Assembly: GCA_965248535.1 (NCBI GenBank)
Contig: CBDFJR010000002.1
Coordinates: 1,536,001-1,600,000 of the forward strand
Length of the DNA: 64,000 nucleotides
Source: Phormidesmis sp.
GTDB lineage: Bacteria > Cyanobacteriota > Cyanobacteriia > Leptolyngbyales > Leptolyngbyaceae
Reading direction: 5' to 3'
The notes beneath the pieces are model-generated. The model did not search any database. It was not told where the DNA came from and was given only the letters and a program-made list of their open reading frames with translations. This document shows positions 41,158 to 51,056 of this stretch, one piece after another (position 1 is the first letter of the stretch; each line of letters opens with the position of its first letter). The translations under genes were made by a program, and so were the position numbers.

Positions 41158-41619
41158 ATGCTCGATGACAGTTGTGTAATTGCCGTTGTTAAATCTCCGC
41201 AAGATTATCAAGCTTATCGGATCAGCCCTCACGACTCAAATCGGTTGGCGATCGTGTTTGACCCGGCGATCGCTAATTTCTCAATGACCTTCTGCGTTGA
41301 GATTTTTGATATTGGAGGAAAAACGCCGCCCAATCGTCATCAAATGGCGATCGAGATGTTTTTTATCCTCAGAGGTCAAGGCATCGCGATCTGTGACGGC
41401 AAGGAAGTGCCGATTCAGACGGGTGACAGTTTGCTGGTGCCGCCAACGGGCATTCATGAAGTGAGAAACACGGGGGCCGAACGACTCTATGCCCTGTGTT
41501 TTATGGTGCCTAACGAAGACTTTGCCGAATTGATTCGCAGTGGGGTGCGAGTGGAGCTAGACGACGAAGATCTGGCGGTTTTGCGACGCACTCCGGTGCC
41601 CAAGTTGTCTCATGTTTAA
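41158..41619 (+). CDS. cupin domain protein
   Basis: PPNRHQMAIEMFFILRGQG and GDSLLVPPTGIHEVRNTG cupin motifs. Confidence 0.9.
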   Translation: MLDDSCVIAVVKSPQDYQAYRISPHDSNRLAIVFDPAIANFSMTFCVEIFDIGGKTPPNRHQMAIEMFFILRGQGIAICDGKEVPIQTGDSLLVPPTGIHEVRNTGAERLYALCFMVPNEDFAELIRSGVRVELDDEDLAVLRRTPVPKLSHV

Positions 41620-43237
41620 GGTGTTGCCCAAGCAAACTGAGTCGATGCAGACCCGCGATCGCGTGCGGTTAGATGCCGATGTTTATTATCCCGATGCGGC
41701 GGGGCCGTTTCCGGTGCTGCTGATGCGCCAGCCTTATGGACGAGCGATCGCGTCTACGATCGTCTATGCTCACCCCATTTGGTATGCGGCTCATGGCTAT
41801 ATTGTGGTGATTCAAGATGTGCGGGGTCGCGGCACCTCTGAAGGAGATTTTCGGCTGTTTGAAGCTGAGATCGAAGATGGCTATGACACGGTGAATTGGG
41901 CGGCGGCGCTTCCGGGCAGCAGTGGCGTAGTGGGGATGTATGGGTTTTCTTATCAGGGGATGACGCAGCTCTATGCGGCGGTCAAGCGTCCGGCTGCGCT
42001 CAAAGCCCTGTGTCCTGCGATGTTGGGCTATGACCTCTATCACGATTGGGCCTATGAGGGCGGAGCGTTTTGTCTGCAAGCCAATTTAGGTTGGGCGATT
42101 CAAATCGCCGCAGAAACGGCCCGACTCAAAGCAGAAGAAGCGGACTTCTTAGCCTTGTCTCAGGCGGCACGCAGCTTGCCGCTCTACGATTCCATCCCGG
42201 CTCGTCCTAACATTATGAAGGAGTTGGCAGCCGATTCGTTTTATCACGAGTGGCTTGATCGTCCCGTTTCTGATCCCTATTGGCAGCGACTGTCTCCTAA
42301 AACCTATGTGGAGTCGTTTGACCTGCCGATGCTGCATATTGGCGGCTGGTTTGATCCGTTTATGCGCGGCACCTTGAATCTTTTTAATGCGATGGTCGAG
42401 CAAAGTCAACAGCCGCAACATCTGCTAGTTGGCGCGTGGGCCCACCTGCCTTGGGGTCGCAAAGTGGGAGCCGTGGACTATGGATCGGAAGCCGCGAGTC
42501 ACTGCGATCGCATCCAAATTCGATGGTTTGACCAATTTCTCAAAGGCATTGACACAGGGTTGTTGACCGAACCTGCGATCAAATTGTTTGAATTGGGAAG
42601 CAACCAGTGGCGATCGCTCGATCGCTTCCCTCAAGACTCAAAAACTCCTTTTTATCTCACCAGCACTGGTCTGGCAGGCATCACGGATGCTGACGGGCTG
42701 TTAACCTGGGTGCCGGGTGCCTCTGCTTTAGATCAGTTTGTGCATGATCCGTGGCGACCTGTTCCGGCGCTGGGAGGTCATGCCTCTGCGCCATCGGGAT
42801 CGGTTGATCGATCGGCTCTGGATGGCCGAAGTGATGTGCTGACTTACACCTCTAGTCCCTTGATTGACGGATTGCGATTGGTGGGAGCCACGATCGTGGA
42901 GCTTAATTGCACGGCCGATCAGCCGAGTTTTGATCTGTCTGTCGTTTTGTCAGAAGTTCGGGCAGGTGGCGGTGTTTACAACGTGGCTCAAGGCTATCGA
43001 CGAGTCAACCCTGGCGACGAGACGCAGCCTGTGCAGATTAATCTTCAGCCGATTTGCATTCAGATCGCTTCTGGCAATGCGCTGCGATTGAGTGTGAGTG
43101 CCGCGTGTTTTCCGGCTCACCCGGTGAACGAGGGAACTGGAGCCACGCCCGCCGAGAGTCGAGCGATCGCCGCTCAGATCATCACGATCGCGCTTCAAAC
43201 TCAGGGGTCTCGCATCTTGTTGCCAATTTCAGGCTAG
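41612..43237 (+). CDS. CocE/NonD family hydrolase
   Basis: RDRVRLDADVY, LMRQPYG, QDVRGRGTSEG, GFSYQG nucleophile, GGWFD, GAWAH. Confidence 0.93.
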   Translation: MFKVLPKQTESMQTRDRVRLDADVYYPDAAGPFPVLLMRQPYGRAIASTIVYAHPIWYAAHGYIVVIQDVRGRGTSEGDFRLFEAEIEDGYDTVNWAAALPGSSGVVGMYGFSYQGMTQLYAAVKRPAALKALCPAMLGYDLYHDWAYEGGAFCLQANLGWAIQIAAETARLKAEEADFLALSQAARSLPLYDSIPARPNIMKELAADSFYHEWLDRPVSDPYWQRLSPKTYVESFDLPMLHIGGWFDPFMRGTLNLFNAMVEQSQQPQHLLVGAWAHLPWGRKVGAVDYGSEAASHCDRIQIRWFDQFLKGIDTGLLTEPAIKLFELGSNQWRSLDRFPQDSKTPFYLTSTGLAGITDADGLLTWVPGASALDQFVHDPWRPVPALGGHASAPSGSVDRSALDGRSDVLTYTSSPLIDGLRLVGATIVELNCTADQPSFDLSVVLSEVRAGGGVYNVAQGYRRVNPGDETQPVQINLQPICIQIASGNALRLSVSAACFPAHPVNEGTGATPAESRAIAAQIITIALQTQGSRILLPISG

Positions 43238-43362
43238 CGAATGGTCTAAAGTCGGCTACGATTGGCAGAAATCACGGATGCTGAGACACTGTTGAGAGCC
43301 TTGTTAGTCTGAGGCGTTTGGGATCTTGTGCAAACAAAGCTCTGTTCTAGAAAGCGATCGCC

Positions 43363-43800
43363 ATGAAACAACTCAGCGTTAACATTGCTCACCTCCCCGA
43401 TGATTGGGCACCCATTTGTGCCATTCGTCAAGCGGTGTTTCAACAAGAACAAGGGGTTGCAGAAGCTTTAGAATTTGATGGGCTTGATGATGAAGCGGTT
43501 CAGTTTTTAGCTTATCTAGACGATCGTCCCGTAGGAACGGCTCGCATTCGCTTTTTAAGTCAATCGACGGCCAAGCTAGAACGACTTGCGGTTTTATTAG
43601 ACGCTAGAAAACAAGGAGTTGGTCAACAGATCATGCAGACGGCTCTTAAATTTTTAGCAGAAAGAAGGGTTGCAGAAGTCCGTATTCATGCTCAAGAGCC
43701 TGTAAAAGAGTTTTATCAGGGCTTGGGCTTTGAGGTGGAGGGCGATCGGTTTCAAGAAGCCGGAATTCCTCACTTTAAGATGAGCAAACGATTGGGATGA
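43363..43800 (+). CDS. GNAT N-acetyltransferase (ElaA/YjcF-like)
   Basis: IRQAVFQQEQGV, ERLAVL..ARKQGVG, HAQ…FYQGLGF, EAGIPH. Confidence 0.92.
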   Translation: MKQLSVNIAHLPDDWAPICAIRQAVFQQEQGVAEALEFDGLDDEAVQFLAYLDDRPVGTARIRFLSQSTAKLERLAVLLDARKQGVGQQIMQTALKFLAERRVAEVRIHAQEPVKEFYQGLGFEVEGDRFQEAGIPHFKMSKRLG

Positions 43801-43804
43801 ATCT

Positions 43805-46420
43805 GTGGGCGCGACGAAACCGGAGTGGATGAAAGGAGTGCCGATTTTAGGGCTGATCTGGCTCACCGGAGCAGTGATTGATCGAGTCTGGTTTGCAATT
43901 GATCACACTGTGCCTGGCTGGGATCAGTCAGACTATCTCACAGGTGCGCTGAACTATTGGCAAATGCTGCAATCGCCGCAGTGGTGGTCTCAAAGCTGGT
44001 GGGCAGAGTTTTGGATGCTGTCGTCTAAAATTCCGCCGTTGGTCTATATTTCGACCGTGCCGTTCTTGGCGATCTTGGGGGCAGGAGTTGAGCAATCTAC
44101 GATCGTCAATCTCTTCTATGGTGCAATCTTGCTTGGCTCTGTTTATGGGCTGGGGGCACGGTTGTTTACCGTTCAGGTTGGGCTTTGGGCAGCCGTTCTT
44201 TGTCTGCTGTTTCCAGAGCTTTACACGATTCGCTTAGACTTTTTGATCGACTATCCCTTAGTCGCAATGGTCACGTTAAGTCTGTTTACGCTCACCATGG
44301 CGTTTGTGATCGAAGGTGAATCGGTTAATGGATTAGACGATCGTCCTTTTTTTAAGGGACTTATCTTACCGTCTGCGGTCTATCTGTGGCTGTGGTCAGT
44401 TGCGTTTGGGGCCGCGTTTGGATTAGCGCTGTTAACCAAACAAACGGTTCTGTTGTTTTTAACCGTCCCGATCGCCGCGTTAGGAGTCACCCTGCTCTGG
44501 CAAAAAGCGTGGATCAAACTGATTCGACTGCTGCTGAGTTTAGTGGTCACCCTGACGATCTGCCTGCCGTGGTATCGCCTCAATTGGCTGCTGATCTTAA
44601 CCGCGAGTAAGCGGGCCACGATCGATTCTGCCATTGCTGAAGGTGATCCGCCCCTCAACACATTAGAAGCCTGGATTTTTTATCTCAAACTGTTGCCCTC
44701 GGTGGTGTCTTATCCCTTATTGCTGGCTGGTTTAGTTGGTCTGTTGCTCTACTGGAAGCGATCGGTGATTTTGGGTGACTGGTTTATTTCCGGCGGACGG
44801 TTGCGCCAGAAAATAGATTACGGTGGCTTGAGAAAACGTGGCTATCGTCAGGCTATTTATCGTCGCTGGTGGCGATCGCTAGGCTGGTTGGCGGTGTTTT
44901 TAGTGGGCGGCTATCTGTTGAGTTCGCTAAACGTCAACAAAGACGATCGCTACATCACGCCATTGTTGCCCGTGTTAGCCGTGGTGTTAGCTCAGGGATT
45001 GGTACTGTTTCCCGATCGACTGCGGGGCTTGCGTTGGGGAGCGGTGGGGTTATCTAGTTTGATGATGTTGTTTAACTTGATGCCGATCGAGTTTATGCCG
45101 AAGTTTTTATCGCTCACTCCCGCTCATCACGCCACCTTAGCCGCAGACTGGCACCATGAAGACGTGATTGATGAAGTCATTCGCACCGATCCTTATCTCC
45201 GCACCACGTTAGGGGTGCTGCCTTCGCTGGCGAGCTTTAATCAACACAATCTCAATTATTTTGGGGCGTTGCGAAACTTTCAAGTCTATGGGCGACAAGT
45301 CGGCACTAATCTTAAGCAGGTCGAACAAGATGCCCGATCGCTGCCCTGGTTTGTGACCAAAAGTGGCGATCAGGGGTCGATTCGTCAACCGCTGGCGCTG
45401 GCTGCGTTAGAAACGACGATCGCTGAAGGCTCAGATCTTCAGTTAAGAAAAACTTGGTCACTGCCCGATCGCAGCACTCTTAAGCTCTATCGTCGTCAGG
45501 TGCCGATGCTGCAAGTGCAGCCCTTGGGTTTGAAGAATTCTGGACAGAATACTGGGCACCCGATTCGCTTAGATCAAGTGCGAGTGCCCAATCAAGCCGC
45601 TCCCGGCAAACCGTTGCCCGTTACCTATCGCTGGTCGGGTGCTTGGAGTCAACTGCGATCGGGCTTGGTGTTAATCACTTGGAGTCGTGCAGCAGGCACC
45701 CAAACCGGAAATCGCTGGCTGCATGATCACGCGATCGCGCTAGGAATGCTGCAAGACAATGCGGGCGAAGACTCTGCTCAATTTCAAATTGTCGAACGCT
45801 TGGCAATGTTGCCGCCTGTTACTGCGGCCGGAGTTTATACCTTAAAGGCCACCTATCTCAATGTTAAAACGGGTGAGACTTACAACATTGCCGTGCCCGA
45901 TGTGTCGTTAACGATCGCTGCTGACGCGATCGCTGGGTCAGATGTCCCGGTTGATTTAGTGACTCGGCTCCGATCGCTGTCTGCCCTCATTCCTAAAGGA
46001 ATCGCCGCGCTCTCAAATGTGTTTGAGCAAGTCAGCACCATCAATCAATACGATCCGACTCAAAGCTATGCGGTGCAGGCGCGTCAGGCGTTAACCTATC
46101 GACTTCAGCAAGAGCCTAATAATCTTGAGTTTGCCTATAATCTGGCCCTAGCCGATGTGTTGAGTCGCAAAGTTGAGCCAGCGATCGCTGCTTTTGAGCG
46201 AGTCACTCAACTTGACCCCAAAAATCCCTATGCCTATGCCTATCTGGCCTTCGTCAATCTCTATGACTTTCGACCTCAAGCGGCCCAAACGGCACTGCGA
46301 TCGGCGTTGACTCTCAACCCGACCTTACCAGAACTGCACACGCTCAATGGAGTGGCCGCTTTGATGCGGGGCAATATGGCGCAAGCCTGGCAAGAGTTGA
46401 GACCGTTGAGAAAACCGTAG
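43805..46420 (+). CDS. GT-C (ArnT/PMT, GT39-like) glycosyltransferase with C-terminal TPR repeats
   Basis: PGWDQSDY loop, KIPPLVY, many TM helices, GLALLTKQ, NKDDRY; TPR-like C-terminus; alternative start 43829. Confidence 0.85.
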   Translation: MGATKPEWMKGVPILGLIWLTGAVIDRVWFAIDHTVPGWDQSDYLTGALNYWQMLQSPQWWSQSWWAEFWMLSSKIPPLVYISTVPFLAILGAGVEQSTIVNLFYGAILLGSVYGLGARLFTVQVGLWAAVLCLLFPELYTIRLDFLIDYPLVAMVTLSLFTLTMAFVIEGESVNGLDDRPFFKGLILPSAVYLWLWSVAFGAAFGLALLTKQTVLLFLTVPIAALGVTLLWQKAWIKLIRLLLSLVVTLTICLPWYRLNWLLILTASKRATIDSAIAEGDPPLNTLEAWIFYLKLLPSVVSYPLLLAGLVGLLLYWKRSVILGDWFISGGRLRQKIDYGGLRKRGYRQAIYRRWWRSLGWLAVFLVGGYLLSSLNVNKDDRYITPLLPVLAVVLAQGLVLFPDRLRGLRWGAVGLSSLMMLFNLMPIEFMPKFLSLTPAHHATLAADWHHEDVIDEVIRTDPYLRTTLGVLPSLASFNQHNLNYFGALRNFQVYGRQVGTNLKQVEQDARSLPWFVTKSGDQGSIRQPLALAALETTIAEGSDLQLRKTWSLPDRSTLKLYRRQVPMLQVQPLGLKNSGQNTGHPIRLDQVRVPNQAAPGKPLPVTYRWSGAWSQLRSGLVLITWSRAAGTQTGNRWLHDHAIALGMLQDNAGEDSAQFQIVERLAMLPPVTAAGVYTLKATYLNVKTGETYNIAVPDVSLTIAADAIAGSDVPVDLVTRLRSLSALIPKGIAALSNVFEQVSTINQYDPTQSYAVQARQALTYRLQQEPNNLEFAYNLALADVLSRKVEPAIAAFERVTQLDPKNPYAYAYLAFVNLYDFRPQAAQTALRSALTLNPTLPELHTLNGVAALMRGNMAQAWQELRPLRKP

Positions 46421-46447
46421 TCACCTTTCAGAACCATAGATTATCTA

Positions 46448-46585
46448 ATACCAATTTGATTTGTGAATGCGACAGATCCGCACGAGGGCACGGCAGTGCC
46501 ATGCCCGTACAAAAAGCGTAGGGGCATGGCATGCCGTGCCCCGTCGGATTGAACGATCAGTCGCAATTGCATCCGAAATTGGTAT
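46448..46585. mobile_element. MITE/REPIN-like element with imperfect terminal inverted repeats of about 31 bp and two internal REP hairpins
   Basis: ATACCAATTT…TGCGACAGATC at the left end matches the reverse complement of GATCAGTCGCA…AAATTGGTAT at the right end; internal GGGCACGGCAGTGCCATGCCC and GTAGGGGCATGGCATGCCGTGCCCC. Confidence 0.7.
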
Positions 46586-46589
46586 AACT

Positions 46590-46635
46590 ACCTTGATTAA
46601 GAACTGATCTGACTCTATAAGTTCTTAATCAAGGT
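46590..46635. repeat. perfect 16-bp inverted repeat with a 14-bp spacer
   Basis: ACCTTGATTAAGAACT-N14-AGTTCTTAATCAAGGT. Confidence 0.8.
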
Positions 46636-46780
46636 GCATTTGTAACTGATCTAACTCCATCAGTAATCAAACCACTTGGATCAGTAGATAACGGAAGTCG
46701 GAGCACTCTTACTTCAAATGAGTTGATTAGGATCGATCGGATCGATCGAACTCTGGTGCAGTGTTAATCTAGTCTCGACT

Positions 46781-47590
46781 ATGCCTCAAGCCAAAAGTCC
46801 GCTTCGTTATCCCGGTGGAAAGTCAAAAGCGATCGCTCAGATCCTGCCTCGTCTTCCTCCCAACATTGGCGACTATAGAGAACCTTTTGTGGGAGGTGGA
46901 TCGGTTTGTTTAGCCGTCAAACAACGACTCGATCATCAAATTAAACACTATTGGATTAATGACTTAAATGTTGATCTCTACTGCTTTTGGTTTTACGCCA
47001 AAACTGAGAGCGAATTGTTTGCCAACGAAGTTGATAGAATCAAGCAAAAATATGACGATGGAAGAGAGCTATTTCAGCATTTCACGCGCAAAGACTTAAA
47101 GCTGAATGACTTTGAGAGAGCCGTGCGGTTCTTTATCTTAAATCGCATTACCTTCTCAGGCACCATAGACTCAGGGGGCTATTCTCAACAAGCGTTTGAA
47201 CGAAGATTTACAGCGTCCTCGATCGAGAGATTGCGAAAACTCTCCGCTCACTTATCAACTGTCCAGATCACCAACGGTGACTACGAAACCCTATTATTTC
47301 AAGACGGAGAGAATGTCTTTATTTTTCTCGATCCACCCTATTTAAGCGCTACAAAATCCAAACTCTATGGCTTAAAAGGCAACCTGCACACTGGTTTTGA
47401 TCACCAAAGATTTGCTGAAAAAATGCGGCAATGTCAACACAACTGGCTGATCACCTATGATGACTCAGCCGAAATTAGAACTCTCTTTAACTTTGCCAAC
47501 ATTACTGAATGGACGCTGCAATATGGCATGAATAACTATAAACAAGTGGGTGCGGCTCAAGGTCGAGAACTCTTCATTCAAAACTATTGA
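46781..47590 (+). CDS. D12-class (Dam-like) N6-adenine DNA methyltransferase, orphan
   Basis: SPLRYPGGKS, EPFVGGGSV, INDLN, FLDPPY; no adjacent endonuclease. Confidence 0.92.
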   Translation: MPQAKSPLRYPGGKSKAIAQILPRLPPNIGDYREPFVGGGSVCLAVKQRLDHQIKHYWINDLNVDLYCFWFYAKTESELFANEVDRIKQKYDDGRELFQHFTRKDLKLNDFERAVRFFILNRITFSGTIDSGGYSQQAFERRFTASSIERLRKLSAHLSTVQITNGDYETLLFQDGENVFIFLDPPYLSATKSKLYGLKGNLHTGFDHQRFAEKMRQCQHNWLITYDDSAEIRTLFNFANITEWTLQYGMNNYKQVGAAQGRELFIQNY

Positions 47591-47623
47591 CAAAATTGTT
47601 GTTCTCTTTTCTTTAGCAATCTC

Positions 47624-48232
47624 ATGCCTCAAGTCTCACTTCAAACCTTAGTCAATGGCATTTGCTCTGGTGAGCATCTGATCAGCTTTCCAACCGATAC
47701 TGTTCCTGCTTTGGCAGCTAGGCCCGATCGGGCTGACCTGATTTTCACCACCAAACAGCGCAGCCTAGATAAACCCCTGATTTTAATGGCTGCCCAAGTC
47801 TCCGATCTCTGGCCCTATGTCATAGGCACCAAAGCCGAGCGCCAAGTTTGGCAACAGATTGCCGATCGCTACCTACCCGGTGCCTTAACCCTCGTGCTGC
47901 CAGCCAGCGATCGCGTGCCTGTCACCTTAAATCCGACTAACCCCGCCACGATCGGGGTTCGAGTGCCCGATCACCCGATCGCTCGCGCAATTTTGTCCGA
48001 GACAGGTGCGTTAGCCACCACCAGCGCCAACCTATCAGGACAACCCGCCCTGCAAACCATGTCTGATATTGAACAAACCTTCTCAGACGTGATGACCCTA
48101 TTGCCCTCTGACCTCGATCGCTTAGGATTGATAGAAGGAATAGCATCTGGGATGCCCTCTACCGTTGCACAATGGACAGATCAGGGATGGAAGATTTTGC
48201 GTCAGGGCACGATCGCCTTATTTTCCGACTAG
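47624..48232 (+). CDS. tsaC: L-threonylcarbamoyladenylate synthase (Sua5/YrdC)
   Basis: FPTDTV, KQRSLDKPLI, PGALTLVL, GVRVP, TTSANLSG, ILRQG. Confidence 0.9.
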   Translation: MPQVSLQTLVNGICSGEHLISFPTDTVPALAARPDRADLIFTTKQRSLDKPLILMAAQVSDLWPYVIGTKAERQVWQQIADRYLPGALTLVLPASDRVPVTLNPTNPATIGVRVPDHPIARAILSETGALATTSANLSGQPALQTMSDIEQTFSDVMTLLPSDLDRLGLIEGIASGMPSTVAQWTDQGWKILRQGTIALFSD

Positions 48233-48308
48233 ATCTCCAACTTTTTAAGAAGTCAGACGATCTTAGCCTTTCGCGTATTCACCATCATCTAAGGGACGTT
48301 AAAGGGCT

Positions 48309-49232
48309 ATGAATTGGATCAACGGGCTGTATTTGGGGAGTGGGTTAGGACTCGGACTCACAGCAGGCTGGTGGCTCTGGCACTTCAAACCTCACACGGC
48401 TATCAAAGAGTCTCAAGACGCACCCAACTCGATCACCGAGTCGTTGTCAAAGCGCTATCACCAGCTAGAACTCGCCTATCAAATGGCCGTCGAGATGAGT
48501 CAGTTTAAAGGCGGGTTTCTCTCTCGCACTGCCCACGAGCTACGATCGCCCCTCAATGGCATCATCGGCGTTCATCAACTCATCTTGGCTGACCTGTGCG
48601 AAGACACCGCAGAAGAACGAGAATTCATCGCCCAAGCCCATGACTCTACGCTCAAAATGGTGCAGATTTTAGATGAAGTCATTAGTGTTTCAAGAGTTGA
48701 ACAAGGAACTGACACGCTAGAACTACAGCCCGTTCAACTAGCAAGCGTGCTCTCACAGATTGAAGATCTGACTCATCTCAAAGCCAAAAATCGCAATCTG
48801 TGGTTAACGATCGAGCGACCCGACCCTGAGATCTATGTGCTAGCAGACCCAAAATGGTTTCGACAAGTGTTGCTCAACTTAGTTAATAGCGCGATCGACA
48901 CTATGCAGCAAGGCAAAATCTCTCTTTCAGTTAAGTCCGTCGATTCAGACTATGCCTATGTGCTGTTAGAAGACGAACGCCCCGCCGATCTGTGGCGAGA
49001 CCCCATCGACTTGTTAAAAACTCTGGCGATCACAGGCAACTCATCAGAGCCAACATCAGTCCTTTTTCACCCCTTAAAAGAACGATCGTCGGGCTTCAAC
49101 TTTCTTTTAAGCCAAACTTTAATGGAGACCATGAACGGACACTTAGAACGGCTAGAAACGTCCACAGATGAGCCATCACCGCTCAATAATCGCATCCAGT
49201 GTTCGATTCCGGTGATTGTGTCAGAAGTCTAA
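48309..49232 (+). CDS. membrane-anchored histidine-kinase-like protein with a degenerate ATPase domain
   Basis: H-box AHELRSPLNGI; N-box-like RQVLLNLVNSA; no DxGxG or GxGLG boxes. Confidence 0.8.
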   Translation: MNWINGLYLGSGLGLGLTAGWWLWHFKPHTAIKESQDAPNSITESLSKRYHQLELAYQMAVEMSQFKGGFLSRTAHELRSPLNGIIGVHQLILADLCEDTAEEREFIAQAHDSTLKMVQILDEVISVSRVEQGTDTLELQPVQLASVLSQIEDLTHLKAKNRNLWLTIERPDPEIYVLADPKWFRQVLLNLVNSAIDTMQQGKISLSVKSVDSDYAYVLLEDERPADLWRDPIDLLKTLAITGNSSEPTSVLFHPLKERSSGFNFLLSQTLMETMNGHLERLETSTDEPSPLNNRIQCSIPVIVSEV

Positions 49233-49310
49233 GGGAGCGATCGTAAACAACACGACAGTGGCTCTGCTAAAAAGTCGTTTTAGAATATATAAGCCGTCAA
49301 CCGACAAATC

Positions 49311-51056
49311 ATGGATGCGCTCATCGGCAAAACCTTACAGGGTGGCAAATACACCCTCAACGCAGAACTCGGACGAGGAGGCTTTGGCATCACCTTTAAA
49401 GCGACTCATCACTATCTCAATCAAATCGTGGTGATTAAAACGCTTAACGAAGCCTTGAGAAACGACCCCAACTTTTTAGAGTTTCAGCGCAAATTTCAAG
49501 ACGAAGCGCGACGGTTGGCGATGTGCGTCCATCCTAATATTGTGCGCGTCAGCGACTTCTTTTTAGAAGATGGCTTGTCGTTTCTAGTGATGGACTATAT
49601 TCCTGGCTTGACGCTAGAAGAGTGGGTGTTTCCCGATCGTCCTCTGCCCGAAGCCACCGCCATTCACTACATTCGGCAAGTGGGTTCTGCCTTGCAGGTG
49701 GTTCATCAAAACGGGTTGCTGCACCGAGACATCAAGCCCCAAAACATCATTTTGCGAGAAGGAACGCAGCAAGTTATTTTGATCGACTTTGGCATCTCGC
49801 GGGAGTTTACGTCTGGCTCACCGCAGACCCACACCAACATGATTTCGTCAGGCTATGCCCCGATCGAGCAATATTTTGTTCAAGAAAAGCGCAGCCCCGC
49901 CACCGATGTCTATGGGTTGGCCGCCACACTCTATGCCCTGATAACGGCCCAGATTCCGACCGCCTCAATTTTGCGTGAACGTCAGCCCATGGCCGACCCA
50001 CGATCGTCACAGCCCCACATCAGCGCCTCCGTCAATCAAGCCATCATGCAAGGCATGGCCCTAGATGTTCGCTATCGCCCTGAGACGATCGCAGCCTGGT
50101 TAAACCTCTTGCCCAGGGCCGAATCCCAAATCTCTGGCATGAATGCTGGGCCTAGCGAGACCCGTCCGATTAGCTTAGAAAGCTCTCCCCAACTCCTATT
50201 CACTCCCTGGCAGACCCCGGAGCCGACCATTCCTGTGTTGCCGCCGAAGCTCTCCCCTGGCATTCCGCCTAAAAAAGTCGAGGCCGGAACTCAGGTGATT
50301 AGGGGCGCTGATTCCAGTCAACTTGATCGGGCCCCCCGCAACCCTAGCTCAAACGTTTTGATGGGCCTGGCGATCGCCGCTGGAGTCACGATCGTAGCAG
50401 TGACGATCGCCGCTTTGCTGTCTCAACCCAAGCTTCCCCAAACGCCGGTCGTCACAGCTTCTGACCCAGGGATCGTGCCCCTCCCCGATCCGTCACCTCT
50501 GCCCACCGTTTCTGCGTCCCCGCAGCCGTCACCAATCGCTAAGGCCACGATCTCGCCCACCCCGTCTCCAACGTCAGAGCCAACTCCGCTCAACCAACCG
50601 CCTCAGCCGCCCAAAAAAGATCTTCCCTTATTATCCTTCGGGCAACTTCCGTCTAGAATCCCTGGTTTTCCGACAGGCACCTCTGAGTCTGAGATCAAAG
50701 CCACCCTGGGCGAACCCACTACCACTAAGACAGGCTATTGGGCTAACACTCGCAGCGACCTCTACGAAGTCATTCCCGATCGGGTGACCCTGGCCTATAG
50801 CTACGATCGCGCCTCTCATAGAGTCCGTCAAACCGAGGCCTCCTTTGCTCCCTCGATCGATGAGCTACTCCTGCAAGTCACGGTTAACGGCATGTTGGGC
50901 AGCCAAGCGCCCGCCGAGGTGATGTCAGGGCTTCAGCGCGTCTATCAGCGGCAGTCTGATCACTATCGCTTTCAGCAAGGTGACTTAAAAGGCGTGATCG
51001 AGCGCAACAGCCGCGATCGCATCTACGTCGCCGTCTGGGATGCAGATTTGCACTAG
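49311..51056 (+). CDS. Hanks-type Ser/Thr protein kinase with a TM helix and extracellular domain
   Basis: [54 protein letters not shown]. Confidence 0.95.
   Translation: MDALIGKTLQGGKYTLNAELGRGGFGITFKATHHYLNQIVVIKTLNEALRNDPNFLEFQRKFQDEARRLAMCVHPNIVRVSDFFLEDGLSFLVMDYIPGLTLEEWVFPDRPLPEATAIHYIRQVGSALQVVHQNGLLHRDIKPQNIILREGTQQVILIDFGISREFTSGSPQTHTNMISSGYAPIEQYFVQEKRSPATDVYGLAATLYALITAQIPTASILRERQPMADPRSSQPHISASVNQAIMQGMALDVRYRPETIAAWLNLLPRAESQISGMNAGPSETRPISLESSPQLLFTPWQTPEPTIPVLPPKLSPGIPPKKVEAGTQVIRGADSSQLDRAPRNPSSNVLMGLAIAAGVTIVAVTIAALLSQPKLPQTPVVTASDPGIVPLPDPSPLPTVSASPQPSPIAKATISPTPSPTSEPTPLNQPPQPPKKDLPLLSFGQLPSRIPGFPTGTSESEIKATLGEPTTTKTGYWANTRSDLYEVIPDRVTLAYSYDRASHRVRQTEASFAPSIDELLLQVTVNGMLGSQAPAEVMSGLQRVYQRQSDHYRFQQGDLKGVIERNSRDRIYVAVWDADLH

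Noticed and set aside
46781..48232. Complete restriction-modification system
   Set aside because: The neighbours are a glycosyltransferase and tsaC; there is no endonuclease or controller ORF
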